From NCBI GenBank assembly GCA_030141605.1, contig JAQGDQ010000003.1, positions 2,542,001 to 2,606,000 of the forward strand: DNA of 64,000 nucleotides, given 5' to 3'. Within the stretch, counting starts at the first letter, position 1. Every line of letters starts with the position of its first letter. Source of the stretch: Tubiluchus corallicola (taxonomy: Eukaryota > Animalia > Priapulida). The notes below the pieces were generated by a model. That model ran no database searches. It was given only the letters and a program-made list of their open reading frames with translations, and was not told the origin of the DNA. The translations under genes were made by a program, and so were the position numbers. This document shows positions 32,357 to 57,053 of this stretch, piece after piece.

Positions 32357-34507
32357 ATATGCTTTCTGCGAGCATTCGTACAAATTTTTAGTTCTGTAAG
32401 ATTCATGCAGATTGTTCCCAAGCCCCACGGCCTTCAAAAATTTCCATTTCTTACTGCATGGTGATAAACGAGGTGCAAACGTGCCCTAATCTGATAATCA
32501 TTATATTTTCACACGTTTCTTTAATAACATTTTCACAATTTTGAGTCCGAAAAGCTATTTGGAAAAGCGGCAGAACACAAAGTGAGCACTCAATTAGTGA
32601 CTAATTAGTAAAAGATTCATCTATAATTCATTTCTATTTCATCTATTGATTTACGCATCAAACCTTGCACGCCCAGCTTACAATATTGAATAAAAGAGCA
32701 CCTCATAAGTGCGCATGTTTCGAAAACTGGTGAAGTAGCCCTTTTATTTCAGGTTTAAAAATTTACATGTTTTTTTTTAAATTAACAAATTCCATACATG
32801 ATTAGATCAACAGCGCCTACCACAAAAATCATGAACTGATATTAACTTCTTAAACTTATTTAAAGTGCCAGGTTCAGAGATTAGAGTTAAGTAGTAGCAG
32901 ATTATGAGTGAATTTCTAAACGAATTCATTATTTTTTTCAGAAATTGTTTAATAAGCCGTAAATTTGAATTTTCTTACACTTTACTGCGGTGCTAAATGT
33001 TCAACAAAATTGGTTTACGATAAAATAAATGAAGTACTGCTTGCAGATGGGGGGGAACTTGTGTTCCTTCCATCACAAAGTCATTGAACTCCACCTGTAA
33101 GCAAGGGGCCTCTAGTTCAAACACTGGCTAAAGAAGGATTTTTTGTTGCTTCCCAATTTAAATATAGAAAGTTTTTCTCCTTTTCGGTGTGGAAGAATCA
33201 TGTCGTTAATAACTAATTACTTTTGTTAGTATATCCATTAGCTAATAATTTTACTGATTTGTCGGCCTTTAATTCCTGGAAAATCGATCCGTCATTAATT
33301 TTAAAACTATTTTCACTTCTTGAGCAGTAAGCCTTCATTACCACGACTTCACAGCCCATTGTTACTCTGCCATTGTTTTATGAATGGACAAAGTAAAACT
33401 GTTACTTATAGTCGAAACTACGAGCTGTTACAGGCTTAGTATTTTGTTGATAGCTGTTATTTTTTGCTCGGCACTATGAACTGTGGGGGGGGGCAGTTTG
33501 TTTAAAAACAGTACATGTATCGCAAACAACTCTATAATTATAATTATAAGGATTTCGTCGTAGCAAATACTAGTGTGTCTACAAATATTTGTTGGGAAGC
33601 TTATGAACCAACAGAAGCCTATATCCATAGGCCTAAGTTATCCACAGAACTAGTTTATCCTTAGTCACTCGATCGTTCGCTCTCCTTAGCAACACCACAG
33701 ACACCTTTGTAGCTTATTTCTGTTCAATATAGAGTTTACAAAACCCAAAATTTCAAGTTGTACTCCTGCTTTTTTAATTTAATACACCTATTCCGAAATA
33801 CATGTTCGGTCAATTTCAAATGCGCCATGCAACAACGCTGAAAACTGGATAAATACACAAGCGTGTAAAATACATCGCAATTGTTTTTATGAAAAAGACA
33901 CCACTACATCAAAACAGGGACCAAGAGCTCTGACTCTTCAATTACTATAACAAAAAACATTTCCTAGCGATACGCTACTTACCAAATGCACGACCGTAAG
34001 CTATTATTAGATGACGAACCAAAGGCAGCAATCACGAACTAGAGAACAACTAAGCAGCATAACGAGATGCAGAGCGGAGCAACCTGCTCATATTGCTCAG
34101 CAGCATGGCTACATGGGATCTACCATTCTGCGGGGTGGAAGGTAGCATACTCAGTACTTAGCCTGGTTGCGCGAACTGCAATGTAAATTTGATTATTAAT
34201 TACAAAAAACGTTTTGCAAAAAATTGTCGAATAGCAGCAAATTGTAGATTAGCAATTTTTTCATGGTAAATTTTAAGTTCAGTGTAAGAACGTGATAAAA
34301 ATCAGTGATGAGTAAATAAATGGCTAAGTGGGATGAATAAGTAATGAAACAAACGAATATGCACACATACAAAAAAGTTGGCGAAGGAAGAAAAAGCGAA
34401 AGGCAGACAAATGAATGAACGAAATAAACAAGGAAACATTTCATGTGATAAAGGGCATGCGCTACAATGCAGATCTCAAAATGAAGCACCATTAACAGAA
34501 AGACATA

Positions 34508-34995
34508 TTGCTTATAGGTGTACAAAGGCGTGCTACAAAGATGATATTCGGTTGTAAAAACCTGACATATTTGGAAAAATTGAAATATAGCAATTTGACC
34601 ACGCTTGAATTAAGAAGACACCGTGGAGATCTTATTGAAGTTTACAAACTATTAACTAGAAAAGAAAACATTTTTCCGGAAATTTTCTTTAATTTAGTTG
34701 TTGATTCTAAAACTAGAGGACGTAGTTTAAAACTGTTTAAAGAGCGGTCGCGTCTTGACATTCGTAAATATTCATTTCCTGTGAGAGTTGTGAATGAATG
34801 GAATAATCTGCCTGTCATGGTGATTGTCGCACCAACCACAGTAAAGTGTAAGTCATTAATCGACAATTATTTTACGGAAAAATATGGGGTTTCTACGAGT
34901 GTACTCGCTTAACAGCTAATCATGGCAGTATAACAGCATAACTAGACGACGGCGGCTTTTCCTGAAAAAGTATTAGTAAAATTTAGGTATTTAGT
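34508..34995 (+). mobile_element. 5'-truncated CR1-clade LINE (ORF2 C-terminus plus 3' UTR)
   Basis: VQRRATKMI...LTYLEKLK...LTTLELRRHRGDLIEVYK...TRGRSLKL...RLDIRKYSFPVRVVNEWNNLP is the typical CR1 ORF2 C-terminal sequence. Confidence 0.9.
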
Positions 34996-37561
34996 GTCAT
35001 TATATAGTTCGTAGCTGTTAATGCCGACAACAATTTGTTTTACTATGTATCACAAATAGTCTACAGAATGTAGCAAACAAAACAATCGACTTAGTGAGCT
35101 TGCTGTGACGCTTGGGAAAGCTTAAGCTTGTTATGGAACAGCTAATGCTAGAAGGTTCAGAATCCGTAATATTTCTCCAAGGGTTCCTCAGTCTTTAACA
35201 TGGCGATTACTAGTCTCGAAAATCACGAAGTTACAAATTTAACATAAACAGCTTAATTTCAACTTTCCCACCACACATTCGTGACGGCATATATGAAGTT
35301 GTCATTTCGGTAAGAATTTGAGAACGAGGGACGATGGCCACAGGTCAAGGTGATCAATGACGCACTAGATTCCTGCGAAGTTCTGCAACCAAAGTCCAGG
35401 TAATCGAAACTAATCTTACTTGCAGAGGTTAGCTTGTTCGTAATAACGAATTATAAGCCTCACAAAAACCTCCCCTTCTGAAACAATGGAGTAACCTGCA
35501 GCCAAACGACCGATTTACACCCTGTATTATAGCTTTTGGTGGTACCAGGTAAAAATGGCACAAGGGAAAGAGTATAAATCCGAAAAGTATGAAAAATGGC
35601 AAAATCGTAAAAAATGAGTTAAGGTTAGGGTTGCCGTGGGATAATTATTTTTAACTCTGCCAAGGATGTTGTGCTCCAGTGCTGTATGTTTGGCTGTTTT
35701 TTGTCTGTTATACAGCAATAAGCTTATTACGCTAAACTAACGGGTTTTCACGGAACTTTGTAGAGGTGGGTAGGGGACAAAAAAGATGAATTTTGAAGCA
35801 CATTCCTGGACGGGGGGGGGGCATGAAAACTACCAAAATGGGCATTTTCTGCCCATTCTTTTTTCAAAAGATTTGACCAAATACCAAGTACAAAAACGTT
35901 CACGAAGCACTAAGTGTAGATCTCAGAGTGAGTGTCATAGTTCTTTGGAAGAAAAATACATGTACCAATGTAATTTTTTTTTCAAACTTACCTAATACTT
36001 CCTAGCCTAAAATGAGACGGTTGTCCCTGCTTGCCTTGACGGATGCATTAAACTTTTAAATGCAGCTCTTGAATGACAAAATGCATTTAACACAAATACA
36101 GTTATAGTTTAACTTATAGTTTAGCTTGCACCAGACACATTTGCCCAGAACAGTGTATGTTTTTATATGAACTAACACTGATGGTCTGTCTTTTAATATG
36201 ATGGTCAATGTTTTTAAAATGGCAAATAAAGATTTTACTACTACTACTACAGAACTGCTGCAATTAAAAACCCTAGGGAACAGTTCTGACAAAGCTTCCT
36301 AGTGGGAACAGAGATGAATTGAACAAATACTAGGTACAGAACAATCATAACAGCTGTGAAGGCTAAAGCCCTGGATTTTTGAAACTCAAAGCACTATTTG
36401 AAAGTTCAACACAGTTTTACATTTCGTCATGTTGAGGGCTTGGAATGAATTGATGCTAAGAACAGACACAATAGAAAAACAAGTTAAGAAGAAACATTAT
36501 TTTGAGGCTGATTTTACATCATTTGAAGCTGATGCAATAGTTGTACATACATCTTTTTAAAAAAATATTCAATCTATAAGTCAAGGATAAATATAACGAG
36601 CAGCCACATTTATTATGGTTTGAAATGGAAAAATGGGCCTGCTAAAGCAAAAAGCTTAGTTTATTCTGCTGTACTGTGATTTTTAACTTCCCAAGCAAAA
36701 TTAAGTGCCTTTGCAACTGTAAATTAAATCAACCTTTACGGCTCCAACTAAAAACTTTTTGTATGAAAAATTTTATAACTTATAAAAAACCTGCTACAAT
36801 AGTATGTAAATTACAAGATTGATTTATTCAGTGTTGTATTTATGCTCACAAAAATGACAACTTTGCTTGTTTAAAAGCTTACTAATATATGCTCACCTAT
36901 TGTTTTTTAGCAGCACACATCATATTATTGAAGTGTTTATGTCATCTGATATCTAAAACTGTGATTATGACATGTACAACAGATGCTGAATTTAAAGAAA
37001 TACTACACGATTTTACAAAATTATGTTCTAAGCAAGCAAAGCAATATACATTAAACACTAATCACGATTTAACTCAATTTGTAATGTACAGGAGACAAAC
37101 TAAACAGTAAACTAATAACAGAATAACAGAATACCAACTAATGACTAACTTTGATCAACATTGAAATTATCACCGTAATTTTAATATTCTAGACAATTAT
37201 CACCTTAAGTTTCATATTATAGTAACTGCTGAATTAAGTTTGTTGTAGCAAAAAATGCAAAACACATTTAGTTTGCTATCGTGTTATGAGTTTTGTTCAA
37301 AATCTTAATTGTCTGAATTGTTAACAGCAAATTAAGTAAGCTGTTGCAGAAAAAGCAAACAATATTCAGTGTTCAGGGGCTAAACTCCATAGAGGCTTCA
37401 TTTCCATCTTCTCTGCAGTCCCTACATCTTCTCTCCAAGCAGCTGTACTGATGAAAAAAAGCTATCACACTTCTCCATGTGTTCAAAAACATATGTAATT
37501 GGGATGATAGACATTGTTAAATTAATGAATCACAATATAGGATACACAAAAATGCACTAAG

Positions 37562-48371
<10,810 letters not shown>

Positions 48372-51300
48372 AGTTAATTTAACTTTGCTAAAACCTTAAT
48401 AATTAATTATAAAAAAGATCCAAAATTCACGTGGTCTGACTCTTTACTCTCGCGCAAAGCAAGGTTGCAAATCTGAAATGTTCACAATAAGTGAGGCGCC
48501 GCTTGTAGAAAGTGATCGGTGAAATTCTTTTCGATCATTGCACTGCATTATTGAACACAGCTGAGAGACAAGTCAGAGTACTGAGAGTAGTGATATATTC
48601 AAGCAGGAACTGATAGCGAAAAGAACCTTATTTCACTACGGATTTTCGACCACAAGTCATTTCACAAGTCAAATAAAATTGAAACCACATAGTTTTGTTC
48701 AATGTGTTACTGATTTACATACACATCATTCATGACTGCATTAAGCACAAGATAGGCTTGTAAGTTGCATGACAAATATTAATATTACAGTAGTTTAATT
48801 GTCAGCATTAGAATAAGAGTGAGCAGTAAACATCTAGTAATCCATTAGAAATGAAAAAGAACACTTATTACCATAGACCGACAGAGCGAAGCTTATGTCT
48901 AGGCTTTTCGTCTAATCTTTTCACTCTCCTTGTGCCTCTGTTTATCGTTTTCTCTCAAACACAGTTTCCTTGATGAAGTGCCGCCAAGTAACAGTTGTTA
49001 CGGTATAGTGAGGAAGAAAAGTCAACGATGATTAGATGAAAAAGTCAGTTCAGTCAGTTAATTGGAAAGTTTGAAATGGTAGTTGCAGGGGGGCTGAATT
49101 ATTAAAAGGCGTTTACTTTCCTCACATTGGAATGGATCGAGGAACTTCGATGTGTAGACTTCCTATTACATGTCTAATTTCTTCTTGCATTAATCGGCAA
49201 TGTTCTGTTCCATATCGAAGTAGTGAGGGAATTCCAGACATTTTATCACTCTGTTCTTGTCCTACATCTAGGTTTAGCAATCTTGTACATTTTCACATGG
49301 ATTTGTTAAGAAATATATCGTCTACATTCTGATCATTACAACTACACTATGGCATTCGTACCAACTACCTATCTGGTTCACTGTGTGGGACTGTGAGAGA
49401 TTAATTAGTACTGAATAAAATGTAAATGCATTAAAAAATGCAAGTAGTAAAGGCCTGTGCGGATATCTTTATGCGAATGTTCCCACATTTGTACTTTAAA
49501 AATATCCTTTGCTTTAAAGGTAAGTATGTGAAAGCATCTGTTGGGGGTATTTCGTCACTAAGAAACTAAAAAGATCCTCTTTACTTTACCATTCATGACC
49601 ACATATTTTATTTTTGTGTCTGACCACATCTTGTAGCCAGTATCAAGGTTTAATATTTGACCACTAGTCAGGCTAGGCAGCAGTCTAGAGGACTCTGCAG
49701 CGTTTCTGCATAAATAAACAAAGACAATTAAAGACAACGATTGACATGTAAAAATACTTGTTTGTGCATGTATCAGATCGACCCTATTCACACCATACAG
49801 TTGATTTTAATTATTGTCTCTGGCCAGATAGAGCTGTTTTGCGAAATTCTTTCTTTGGCTTCCATGTGAATATTAATGTCATTTCCATGTAGGCTCTGCC
49901 TACGTGACTGCGTGGTTGCTGTTTGTTTGGAAACCTATCACGTTGCAATAAGCTTACTGCTAGACTGTGCACTAGCAATGGTTGTAATGCTTTTATGTTT
50001 TAAAGTTTTTAATAAAACTTTCCTGCTTGTTTCTTTAATGTATTGATTGCAATTGTGGTCGTGCATAACAGTTTAAAAAGGTTGTGTCTTTGGTGTGTTG
50101 ACTGCTTAGTTGAGCGACAAATTGTACCAAGGAATTTTTCCGGTTATATTTTAAACAACTTATTTGCCACATTGGGCGCTATTTCTCATGACTTTTGACA
50201 TGTTGTCAACTTCTTTTAAAGTAATTGTTTTTCTTTCAATATCATTAACACCATATTTCTTCAAACATTCACATGTAAATGTATTAATGTATAAGAAAGC
50301 ACAATGAACTGCAAATATACGCACTTGCAACACTTTTACTGTACAAAAAATTCATGTTCATGCATTTGCGTAGCATAATCCGGTTGGGTATTTTTGTTGA
50401 CTGTTTTTGTTCAAGTATTCCTATATTTTAACTATTTCAAAAAATCTGCCAACACCACATGAAAAATGCTTCATTCACTGCACAAATTAAACAACATGAA
50501 GCGCTTCACAAATTTATTCAAAACCCAAAAAGGTCTTAGTCTAAAGATGCTACCATTACAGAATTACAGAACCTGTCTTAACTGGTCCATTGGTTGTTAT
50601 GCATTGTAACAAAATTACCAAAATTGTGGAATAAGGGGAATTTTTCAATGGCTTGCAAATAACTATTAATCAGGTGCAACAATGAACTTGTGTTTGTTCT
50701 ACTTGCATTTAAAATAACTGCAACAAAATAGATTACTAAGTTATGAACACTCACAAAAACACAGATAAGAATAAACATAGATATGACTGTTGGTATGTGC
50801 CTTGTACACGTATAAATAAATAAATATATAAAAAAATATTATATAATTTAATGAATGTATACAAGTATGTCACGCGATGTGTATTTGCCTACAAAATTAA
50901 TTGTCATGTTACTGTTCTCTAACTTGCACAAACTAAACAGAACTTGATGGTTCAGAACCGTTTTGAGAAATGCTTGCTTGAAGTTACCAGCAATATGAGG
51001 CAAAGCCGCAAAATGTTTGCATTCTGTAAGAAAGTTTCTATAATCTGCAGATCTACTTCAAAATGTATATTCATATTACTCGGAACTCTGGCAATTGTAA
51101 TATCTGTGACAATATTTCTGTCATATATTTTCCGAGTTATTGTCCAAAATTAGGTATTATTTTCTGTGAGCACTTTTGCTCAACATATTGTGGTCTGTAT
51201 AACGAGTTGTTGAGTTGCCTATTAATTGCAGCTCAACAATAATTACAGACACTTTACCCATTTACTAAGTTAGCATTGCATAGTTCCTTTTTTGGTATTG

Positions 51301-52032
51301 ATTTTATGTGCTTTTATATGTGCTAGTGATTATCACGTTGGCACTTTACGTCAATAAAGAACTAAGAAAAGACTCCATGATTTCCAGTTTACAAACAGAA
51401 TTGTTACCGTCAGAGAAAGTTTGCTTAAACAACAACTATTAGTACTTTTGCAATTAAAAATAAGAACTATCCGAACAAGGCAAAGCAAAACCTCTCCACA
51501 ACTTAAAAAATAGACAATGGTCATTAATCTAAAAATCTGGAACAATCCCTAAAGAAAGTAGGTTGGCAGCCTTAACATGCCCTTGAAGTGAGCACTAGTT
51601 GTCATTTGAACTCATTTCCAATTTTTAAAAAAAATCAAAGTGCCAATTCAGCAGTATTATCATTTAGCGCGCATAGCAAAAGTTTGAAATCACAATTTAT
51701 TGCGCGAAGCGTCTTTATTGTTTACGTTGAAGCAACATGGTAGCTTACGTTGGTTAAAGTTCTTAAACGCGTGTTAAGTTATGCAACTATAAGTGCAACC
51801 GTGCAACAACAGTTTTGTGTATGTTATTTAAGTAGTGCACCATAAATTTCTTTCAGACTGAAACGAATAGTCGCTATGTTACGATAATGTAAGGACTAAA
51901 TTCGACAGTATTTTGAACTCTTAACTGTTGCAGCATTCTTCAGTTATTATGAATACGAGTCAATTGTTGAATTAATTACCTGGTTTCAGACTCGAAGACA
52001 AAAAATACCAATTATATTGACAGCCAACAGGA

Positions 52033-54568
52033 ATGGCAGACCAATCTTGCATAAACTTGAAAAGGAATTATGAAACGGCTGAAGCCGAGGGCAAATATGA
52101 TGTACTGCGACAAAGTGAGTTGTTACAAGATGAGTTAGAGGCACCTCTTTCTAAGCGACAGAAGAAGAAAAGGGAGAAGTATTTGAAACTGTGCAGCATA
52201 CGTACACTGAAAAGGTACTAAATTTTTTTTTTGTGCAAAAATATTAATACAAGCTGTACTTACAGGTTGGTGACTTTATCGCTGTTTAGGCGCTATTACA
52301 CTTTCGCACCTCCTAGTTTTTTCTAGGTTACTACTCGTTTCTAGGCTCGTAGGTTATTATTCTATTATTCTCACGTCATCAGTGAATGTTTCCGCTAATC
52401 TCGTGGTAATTTACTCATATATTTAGCGTATAATTATCAATAATTACGTTGTATTCACAGTTCTACATTATACAGTTCGTATCGCCGTTATTTTTGTGTT
52501 GTAATCACGTGACGAATTTCGTACTAGTTTATACATCATCAGGGCTTAGCTTAAAAGGCATGTGACACACTTATCTTAACCGCATTTACGAAATAAAGAA
52601 AAAACTTTACTTTTATAATCTAATAATACTACAGTAATAAATAAAATTAATGATAAATAACTGTAGTCGTCTAAAATAATTTCCTCGTATATGCCAGCTT
52701 GGGTCTGGCTATACAGTGAAGAAGAAACAAAAATTCGGGAAGTCTTTTGAAGAAATGATAATGACTGACACAAGACTATAATGGCATTTTAGGTTTATAT
52801 ACTCATTATAACCACCATTATTTCAATGTTATTTTTATCGTTATCGTCATCACTACCACTCAGTATGTGACTAGCAAGGCAATTGTCTGAACAGTGAACA
52901 TGCTACGAACCGTCCAGTCAGAGAACATGCCTCATTCTGTTACCAATAATGGCATCATCCTGGGAAAAATGCAGCAAAGAAAAGTCGCTAATTTGAAAGA
53001 AAAACTGCATTTTATTTTTCAAGTTATTTTATTCATTTCCCTAGTCATTTTAGTTAGGCATTTTACTTTATTGCTTTCCAAACAAGGAATTTCTAGTTGC
53101 ATGGCAGGCAACTCTGAAACCACTAGGAAGTAAACATTTTGTACAGCATTCCTAAACTGGAATATTGGTGTTACATTAACCTATATTTGTATTTAGAAAG
53201 GAACAAAAAGAAAGGAGAAAGCGAATGAAAGCCATTAAACAAGAAAATGGAATTGTGACTCATTTACCAACTAGAAAAATGAAAGATTCCAATTGTAAAT
53301 TAAAGGTAATATCCCTGCATTTGATACTTTTTTAAGTAAATTATATTTATTATACATAGATTTTCCATACTAGTGGAGTCTCAATAATTCTATGTACAAT
53401 TGTAGATTGTTGAGATTCAAACTACGATTTGTGCTTTATTCACTAATTAATATTCACTAGTGCTTTATTAAAACAATGTATTGATCAATTGTGCCGCAGA
53501 GAACATTGCAAAAGCTAGTTTTAGTAGAATTTGTGGAATGCATTTTAGTCACACTGAAATCCAGGCTTACTTGTTTTAACCATTATTAATGGCAATCATA
53601 AATAGCATATAGGGAATCAGCTGTAAAACTACTTTGTAAATTAATGTACGCAAAGAATGGTGAAGACTTGTCAGCTAAATTGACTCTTTATTCTTGACGT
53701 TTCTTTAACTTTCGTTACTTCTTCTGCTATGGAAGTACCTTTCTACTTTGTTACCAATGAAAATGTTCGTAGTTATACTTAGTAGAGAACGTAGTTGCAA
53801 TATTTTGGTATTTTGCTTCTTTGTTCGGATTACTATTTTTTCGTTATGAGGTGATGTTAACTTTTTGCATTGTTCAGGTTGCTATTGACATGTCATTTGA
53901 TAACTATATGACGGATAAGGACCTTAGAAAAGCATTACATCAACTTCAGTACTGCTATGCCACCAATCGCCGGGCTCTTAATCCACTTCAGGTAATTTTC
54001 ATTAAAGTAGTATTGTAGTGTTTTCTTACTTTATGTAGTGACACTTGCCTAAATATTTGAAGAGAGTTTGATTTTTGTACATTTGCTTAATTAATTATCA
54101 AATTTATGTAAGCAGATAATATTCTTCTATTGAAGTCTTTCCTGTCTTGAAATAATGTACTCATTGAGTGATGCCCAAAAAAGAGTGATAAAATATTGGT
54201 TCCTCCAATATCTGTACCAATTTATCTTGGACTTGGTTAAGTTGTTTTACTTGATATAAAAATTGTTTAATCTTCTGAACCATTTTTTATTACAGCTGTA
54301 TATAACTAGTTTTAGTGGTCGGGGATTGACTGAATTGTGTAACAGAACTGGAAGCAATTGTAGCAACTGGGATGTCCATATTACACAAGAGAATTATAAT
54401 GACTTATTTGGTAAGGACAACGTGGTGTATCTAACAAGCGAATCCCCGAATGTTCTGATGTCACTGAACACAAATGTTGCTTACGTAATTGGTGGATTGG
54501 TCGACCATAACTCTTGCAAGGTATGTTTGTTATACTCTCTCTCTCTTTTTCTCGGTCTCTTACTGTTG

Positions 54569-54618
<50 letters not shown>

Positions 54619-54635
54619 CCTCCCTCCCTCCCTCC

Positions 54636-54707
<72 letters not shown>

Positions 54708-55313
54708 CTCTCTCGCTCGTTTCCATTTCTGTCTTCTTTTTGCTCTTCATAACAACGGAATTAAATAAGAACACCCAACATAAGATTCAAACTTGCATCC
54801 TTTGTATCGCAAAGCAAAATCTAATCAACTGACATTTATCGACCCAGGCATGAGTATTCAAGTACCTGAACAGTAAAATTAAGCATATGAATAGCTAGTG
54901 AACATGTGAAAGTGAAAAACATTCTATGCCTTTATTAAATTTAAAATTATAACTTTGTGCTTTTCCAGGGTTTATGTTATAAACTTGCTAACGAAGCTGG
55001 AGTATCTCATGCTCAGCTGCCTATTTCGCAATATCTGGATATGAAGACATGCAAGGTGTTGACAATTAATCACGTGTTTGAAATACTTTTGAGGTATACG
55101 GAGACTGAAAACTGGGAAACAGCATTCTTTACTGTCATTCCTAAGAGAAAGGGTGTCAAACGTTTGAAACTCAACGGTGAGCAAGAAACCATAAGAACTG
55201 AAATTAATAATTGTACTAAATTGATCGAGGAAAGCTCTGTTATGGACATTACAGATGATCTGAAGCATTTAGAAAAAAATTCTGTAGGTGTGAATATGGA
55301 AGCTGTGTCATAG
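52033..55313 (+). CDS. TRMT10A: tRNA (guanine(9)-N1)-methyltransferase, TRM10 SPOUT family, 324 aa
   Basis: Exons 52033-52214, 53197-53305, 53878-53991, 54296-54520 and 54969-55313 total 975 nt in frame with GT-AG introns. Motifs include [47 protein letters not shown] and [35 protein letters not shown]. No mitochondrial presequence is evident, so it looks like TRMT10A rather than TRMT10C. Confidence 0.92.
54535..54714. repeat. (CT)n microsatellite in TRMT10A intron 4
   Basis: Direct reading; it explains the SLSLSL ORFs. Confidence 0.95.
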
Positions 55314-57053
55314 TAAAAAATGTATTAGAAAATTCATTGATAAGGGTAGGTGTCAACACCTGTGAAAAATATTGAAGGGCCTTGTATTTCTGTTATACCA
55401 TTTCTATAGTACCGAGATAATATCTGGTGCATCTATAACACGTGGACTTTTAAATTATTGGATTTTTTAATTATTTTTGCTTATCGAAACCACAACTCTG
55501 TTGCTTATTGATGTTTTAAATTTAGTGCACGATAAATTTTAAAATTTAATTTTGTCTGCTGATTCTTAGTTTTAATGACTTTTGTAATGTGTATTTTCAC
55601 AAATCTCTGCATATTCCATAACTTCCACGAGCCTATCTTTATCAAAAGTTTCAAATCGATGGTCTCTACAGTCTCTTCGTATGTTGTAATTAGAATGCTG
55701 CTCATAAATACAACAGAGACAATACATACAACATTTTGATTATTTTTCATTTATCTCAGCTTTTGTTTTGCTTAATTACTTTTATAAAAATGTTTTCGCC
55801 CAGTATATTCTTACTTATTGCAAAGAAAATTTAAGTCTATCTTTAAAACATCACTTTAGACACGTGCGTTTATAATAATGTTGAACATAATACACATCTT
55901 TTCTTATTAATCATTTAATTAAGATAAGTTACATGATTGTAGGAAATTTCATTGAGAAAACTCAATTATTACTTAAAAATGCCGCTGCTTGATTTATTTA
56001 GCAGTCTTATTTATTGCCCATCTGTCGAGGTCATGATGAAACTTGATTCCTTGGAGAAATGATTCACTGTATCTGGCAGTAGTGGTACTAGTCTGCATCA
56101 TATAATAATGTTTTAAGCAGGAATGAAAAAACAAGTCACATCATTTTTTAGTACTTTACAATTAAGTTTTCTTGAAGTTGTTGCTTTATCAAATTTAGAT
56201 CGACAAACACGGTTTTTCTTGTTTTCTCTTATGACATGAGCTAAGTTATTTAGTACTACAGAATATCAGCATTTTCATCGGATCATGAAAATTAACATAT
56301 TATCATCATTTTCAACTTTAAATGATGTCACCATAATCAAGAAGAAACAATATTTGCCATATTATATTATATCATATTATATATATACAATACACACAAA
56401 TATCAATAATTATATAAAATATACAACTGAACTGCCATTTAGAAAACATTGATATTTTGCCGTATACTTTCAAAGCATGTGAAATAATAATTGTAATTGG
56501 ATTGACACCAGAGCCGCTGTAGCAGATAATTTATTGGTCCAATTGATTGTTTCTACAATGCATTTTAATTTTACCATTACCTTCTACAGTCATATTGTGT
56601 CATGCATTGTTCAACCACAGTTTTCAGTGTCCTTCAGCATTTGCATGTTCTCTGCTTTGGAGAGGACTGTAGACTGCATATGCATTTGATTTTAATGAGT
56701 ATATCCCAGAAGAAAAAAAATAGTATCTCGCCTGTATAAAACATAAAGTAAATTGATTACCCTTCCTAAGAAGTGCTCAATTCTTATTAATAAATAATAA
56801 TATTTACGTGTATTTTCAAAATTTGACAAAACCATAAAATTCCTTGCAGACAATCCAAAAGTATAATCACAGTATTATATCAATTTTGTTTTGCTTATAT
56901 ATTCCATTGTTGTCATTCATTCTGCTGTGTATATACTGTATGGCAATAAATCTATATCTATGTCTGTAATTTTTTGTTACAGAAGAAAGAAAATACCAAA
57001 GCTAAAGCCTCACCATAGTTGTAAGACATTTTTAATAGTGTGGCATGGATGTA

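Noticed and set aside
48865-49046. Short inverted repeat (GCTTTTCGTCTAATC / GATTAGATGAAAAAG) as a structured RNA
   Set aside because: No RNA family signature; more likely a decayed Helentron/MITE-like remnant, too weak to call.
48420-49260. Heat-shock elements upstream of HSPA9
   Set aside because: Only partial nGAAn/nTTCn units; no array of three alternating units was found.
54489-54832. SLSLSL-rich ORFs extending TRMT10A exon 4
   Set aside because: Read-through into the intronic (CT)n repeat; the real exon ends at the 54520 donor.
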